Source of the DNA: Cercozoa sp. M6MM
Lineage: Eukaryota > Protista > Endomyxa: Ascetosporea
Assembly (NCBI GenBank): GCA_040357565.1
Contig: JBDODJ010000032.1
DNA length: 64,000 bases
Strand: one strand, 5' to 3'
Made by a program: the position numbers and the translations under genes. How positions within the stretch are numbered: the stretch's first letter is position 1; each line of letters begins with the position of its first letter. Below the pieces are notes generated by a model. That model was not told the DNA's origin. It saw only the letters and a list, made by a program, of their open reading frames with translations, and made no database searches. Below, in pieces: positions 61,669-64,000 of this stretch.

Positions 61669-62747
61669 TTAGTCTTCAGAGAAACGCGAGCGTTTCCGTC
61701 TGGGTGGCTCAGCTTCAAGTTGAAACCGCTTCAAAGCACGACTAGGAGCCACACGAAGACGACTTTCAGTGTCACTTGCACTCTCCGAATCTTCATCTGC
61801 GAGTGTTCCCTTGTCGAGATCGCTGCCAGAGTCTCCGACTTCAAAATACTCATGCGAGCGTTTCGAGTGCGCCAAAGCTCCTTTTTGGCCAAGCGGGGGA
61901 AGCTGCGCACCTCGACTGCTGCCGTGTTTTCGCAGAGCGAATGCCAAAACAACGACGCTGAGCGCAATCAACGCGAAAATCAGCAGCACAATCGCGAGAT
62001 CGAATGAATCGTTGTCGCTTCGATTGTTTTTCTCTCCTCTGGCGCCATCGCGCATCTGCGGCTCACATTGCAGGCGCACACTCGGCCACACCCACTGAAA
62101 GTTCATGTCACATTGCAGCGAGCTGTCAACAAAAGATGGGATAACTACAGTAGACTTTCGTTTCACTGAAATTTAACATACACTGGTTCAACTGGAGAAG
62201 CAAAGCCGGCCTTGCAGCGTACTTGGCACGGGTTGCCCGGCAGCAGTCCCGAGCACGATCCTACGGTTTCCGCGCTGCTCAAGCACCCTCCTTTACCAGT
62301 ATTTCACCATGTACACTTTAAAAACATCACTTACTTGGTGTTATTCAAGACACCAGAAACCTCGACATTGGGACAGAAAGGGCAAGACACGCGAGTGGTG
62401 ATTTGCTTTGCGAAGGTCATAAAAATAAAACTTGGTTTAGTTCGTTCAATATTCAGCAGCATAAAAGAATCGTTGTACGTTAGCACTGTTTCCGCATTGT
62501 ATGGGCACGTCATTGTCTGAGATACACCGACCCGAAAGTCCACTTTGAGTGGAACTGCAAAACGTGCAGCCTGCGACGTTCAGGCACTAAAACAAAACCA
62601 TCATACAAAACTATAAAGTACAAAGCTGACAGCAAACATTACACTCACGCAGTCATCCAGAATCTGCGAACAAGCAGAGACGCTACTGCTCGACACCGTA
62701 TCTACCAGCAGCACACCACACAGGAAAAATATGAGCGACGACACCAT
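61669..62747 (-). CDS. Type I membrane protein with PSI-like and sushi-like Cys modules
   Basis: Signal peptide; CSQILDDCVS|CLNVAGCTFC...C; CQVRCKAGF...LQC...W...C; TM LAIVLLIFALIALSVVVLAFAL followed by RK. Confidence 0.7.
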
Positions 62748-62994
62748 CGAAAAGAACCCAAACACACAGTAAAAACTAGTCGGTCAATTCCCCGAGCGCA
62801 GCTGGTCGGACACATAACACACAGTATATATTCAAACCCAAGAAAGTGCCCAAGAGTCGATATTAACTCACGAAACCGCCAGCGAGAAGAAACGCAATAA
62901 ATATAAAAATGCGATTAGCTTTCATACGAGCACGACGAGATTGCTCGCTACCTTCAAGCGCTAGTGTACACTGTAGAGCCTCAGTGTGGCGGCT

Positions 62995-63935
62995 ATGGCG
63001 GCGACGCGTTTCAAGCTGGTGCTGGTAAGATGATTGGTCAACTATCTCTGGGGTGACTCCAGATTGAGTGACTCCTCAATAGCTGGGCGAAGGCCGCGTC
63101 GGCAAGACGTCACTCTTGATTCGGTATGTCGAGGATCAGTTTACAGCGAATCGAGTTTCGACGCTTCAGGTGCGGCGATTCTTTTGACACAGTGTTTCGA
63201 GAGATTTTTCTGTCTGATACTGGGGGAGTGCTCCAGGCGCATTTCCGCGAGAAGCAAGTCACAGTGAACGGCCAGGATGTCATTCTTTCCATCTGGTACG
63301 TTGTTTCGAAGGAAGTCAGAGAAGAAGGGAATGCAGGAAGGCAGGGAAGGAAGGGTGTATGTTGTTCCCTGTAGGGATACGGCAGGCCAAGAGCGCTTCC
63401 AGGCACTCGGGCCAATCTACTACCGCGACGCGTTGGGTGCACTGCTCGTGTTCGACGTTACTGACCGGGGTTCTTTCAATCGCGTTGCACACTGGTATCC
63501 ATACATACATATATATATATATATATGTGTATATATATAAATATATATATATATATAAATTGTATAATATACACGCTGACTGCTTTGATTTATTGGCAAT
63601 GTTGAAGGTGCACGGAGCTGCGCAAGATAGTGGGCGACGAGATCGCCATCGTGATCGCCGAGAACAAGATCGATCTGCACAAGAACCGGCAGGTCAGTGA
63701 GGACGAGGCTGGCGAGTTCGCCAAGTCCGTCGGCGCCGCGCTAGTGCGTACCTCAGCCAAGACCGGCGAAGGCGTCGACAGTGCCTTCCTCACCGTGGCC
63801 AAGATAGTGTGCCAACGACTATCCGACAAAGCCTCCGCTTCCTCGCTGGACAGGACTGCCTCGCGACGAAGACGCAAACAGATCGGCATCGTCACTGCCG
63901 CCGAGGAAGAACCCGAGGCCTCTGGCTGCTGCTAA
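62995..63935 (+). CDS. RAB21: Rab GTPase Rab21
   Basis: FKLVLLGEGRVGKTSL, STLQA, WDTAGQERFQALGPIYYRD, NKIDL, TSAK and C-terminal GCC*. Confidence 0.93.
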
Positions 63936-63957
63936 CAGTTACAATATTGCCTCAATT

Positions 63958-63958
<1 letters not shown>

Positions 63959-64000
<42 letters not shown>
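63959..64000. repeat. (CA)n microsatellite
   Basis: Pure CA run to the window end. Confidence 0.97.

Noticed and set aside
1-64000. Alternative genetic code or non-canonical introns
   Set aside because: The conserved genes I reconstructed (ATG8, MTO1, GALE, RLP24, Rab21, ZPR1) read through with GT-AG introns and no in-frame stops; TAA, TAG and TGA all serve as terminators.
1-64000. CRISPR arrays, prokaryotic operons, rRNA or tRNA genes
   Set aside because: Repeats are tandem without unique spacers and lie in introns. No recognisable RNA gene was seen, though a covariance-model scan was not possible.

Overview
Gene-dense, very intron-rich nuclear DNA from a eukaryote, apparently a protist; the taxon cannot be fixed from this window. 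I reconstructed about 30 spliced genes by hand, all with GT-AG introns, mostly 45-150 nt, and the standard genetic code. Confident calls: NAA30/MAK3, a THUMP methyltransferase, TRM13, eIF3j, MTO1/GidA, cysteine dioxygenase, ATG8, ZPR1, a divergent BUD31, RLP24, GALE, a Ctr copper transporter, B9D2, an NCS-type EF-hand protein, ARL6/BBS3 and Rab21. Also present: a GH28-like fragment, an ion-channel fragment, a CE4 deacetylase, an ATG22-like MFS transporter, several secreted or surface orphans, four short TIR elements and two 100-N gaps. Highlights: (1) the ATG22-like gene is followed by a second open six-exon copy of its C-terminal half, starting at the same acceptor position and phase, which suggests switchable C-terminal halves. 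(2) An intron-containing gene resembles bacterial TraX. (3) Many introns are built from telomere-like or palindromic minisatellites shared between unrelated genes. (4) Two otherwise intact genes carry single-base frameshifts. (5) A catalytically altered CE4 sits in a cluster of secreted, wall-like genes. Gene ends and family calls come from manual reading and remembered motifs; no database search was run.
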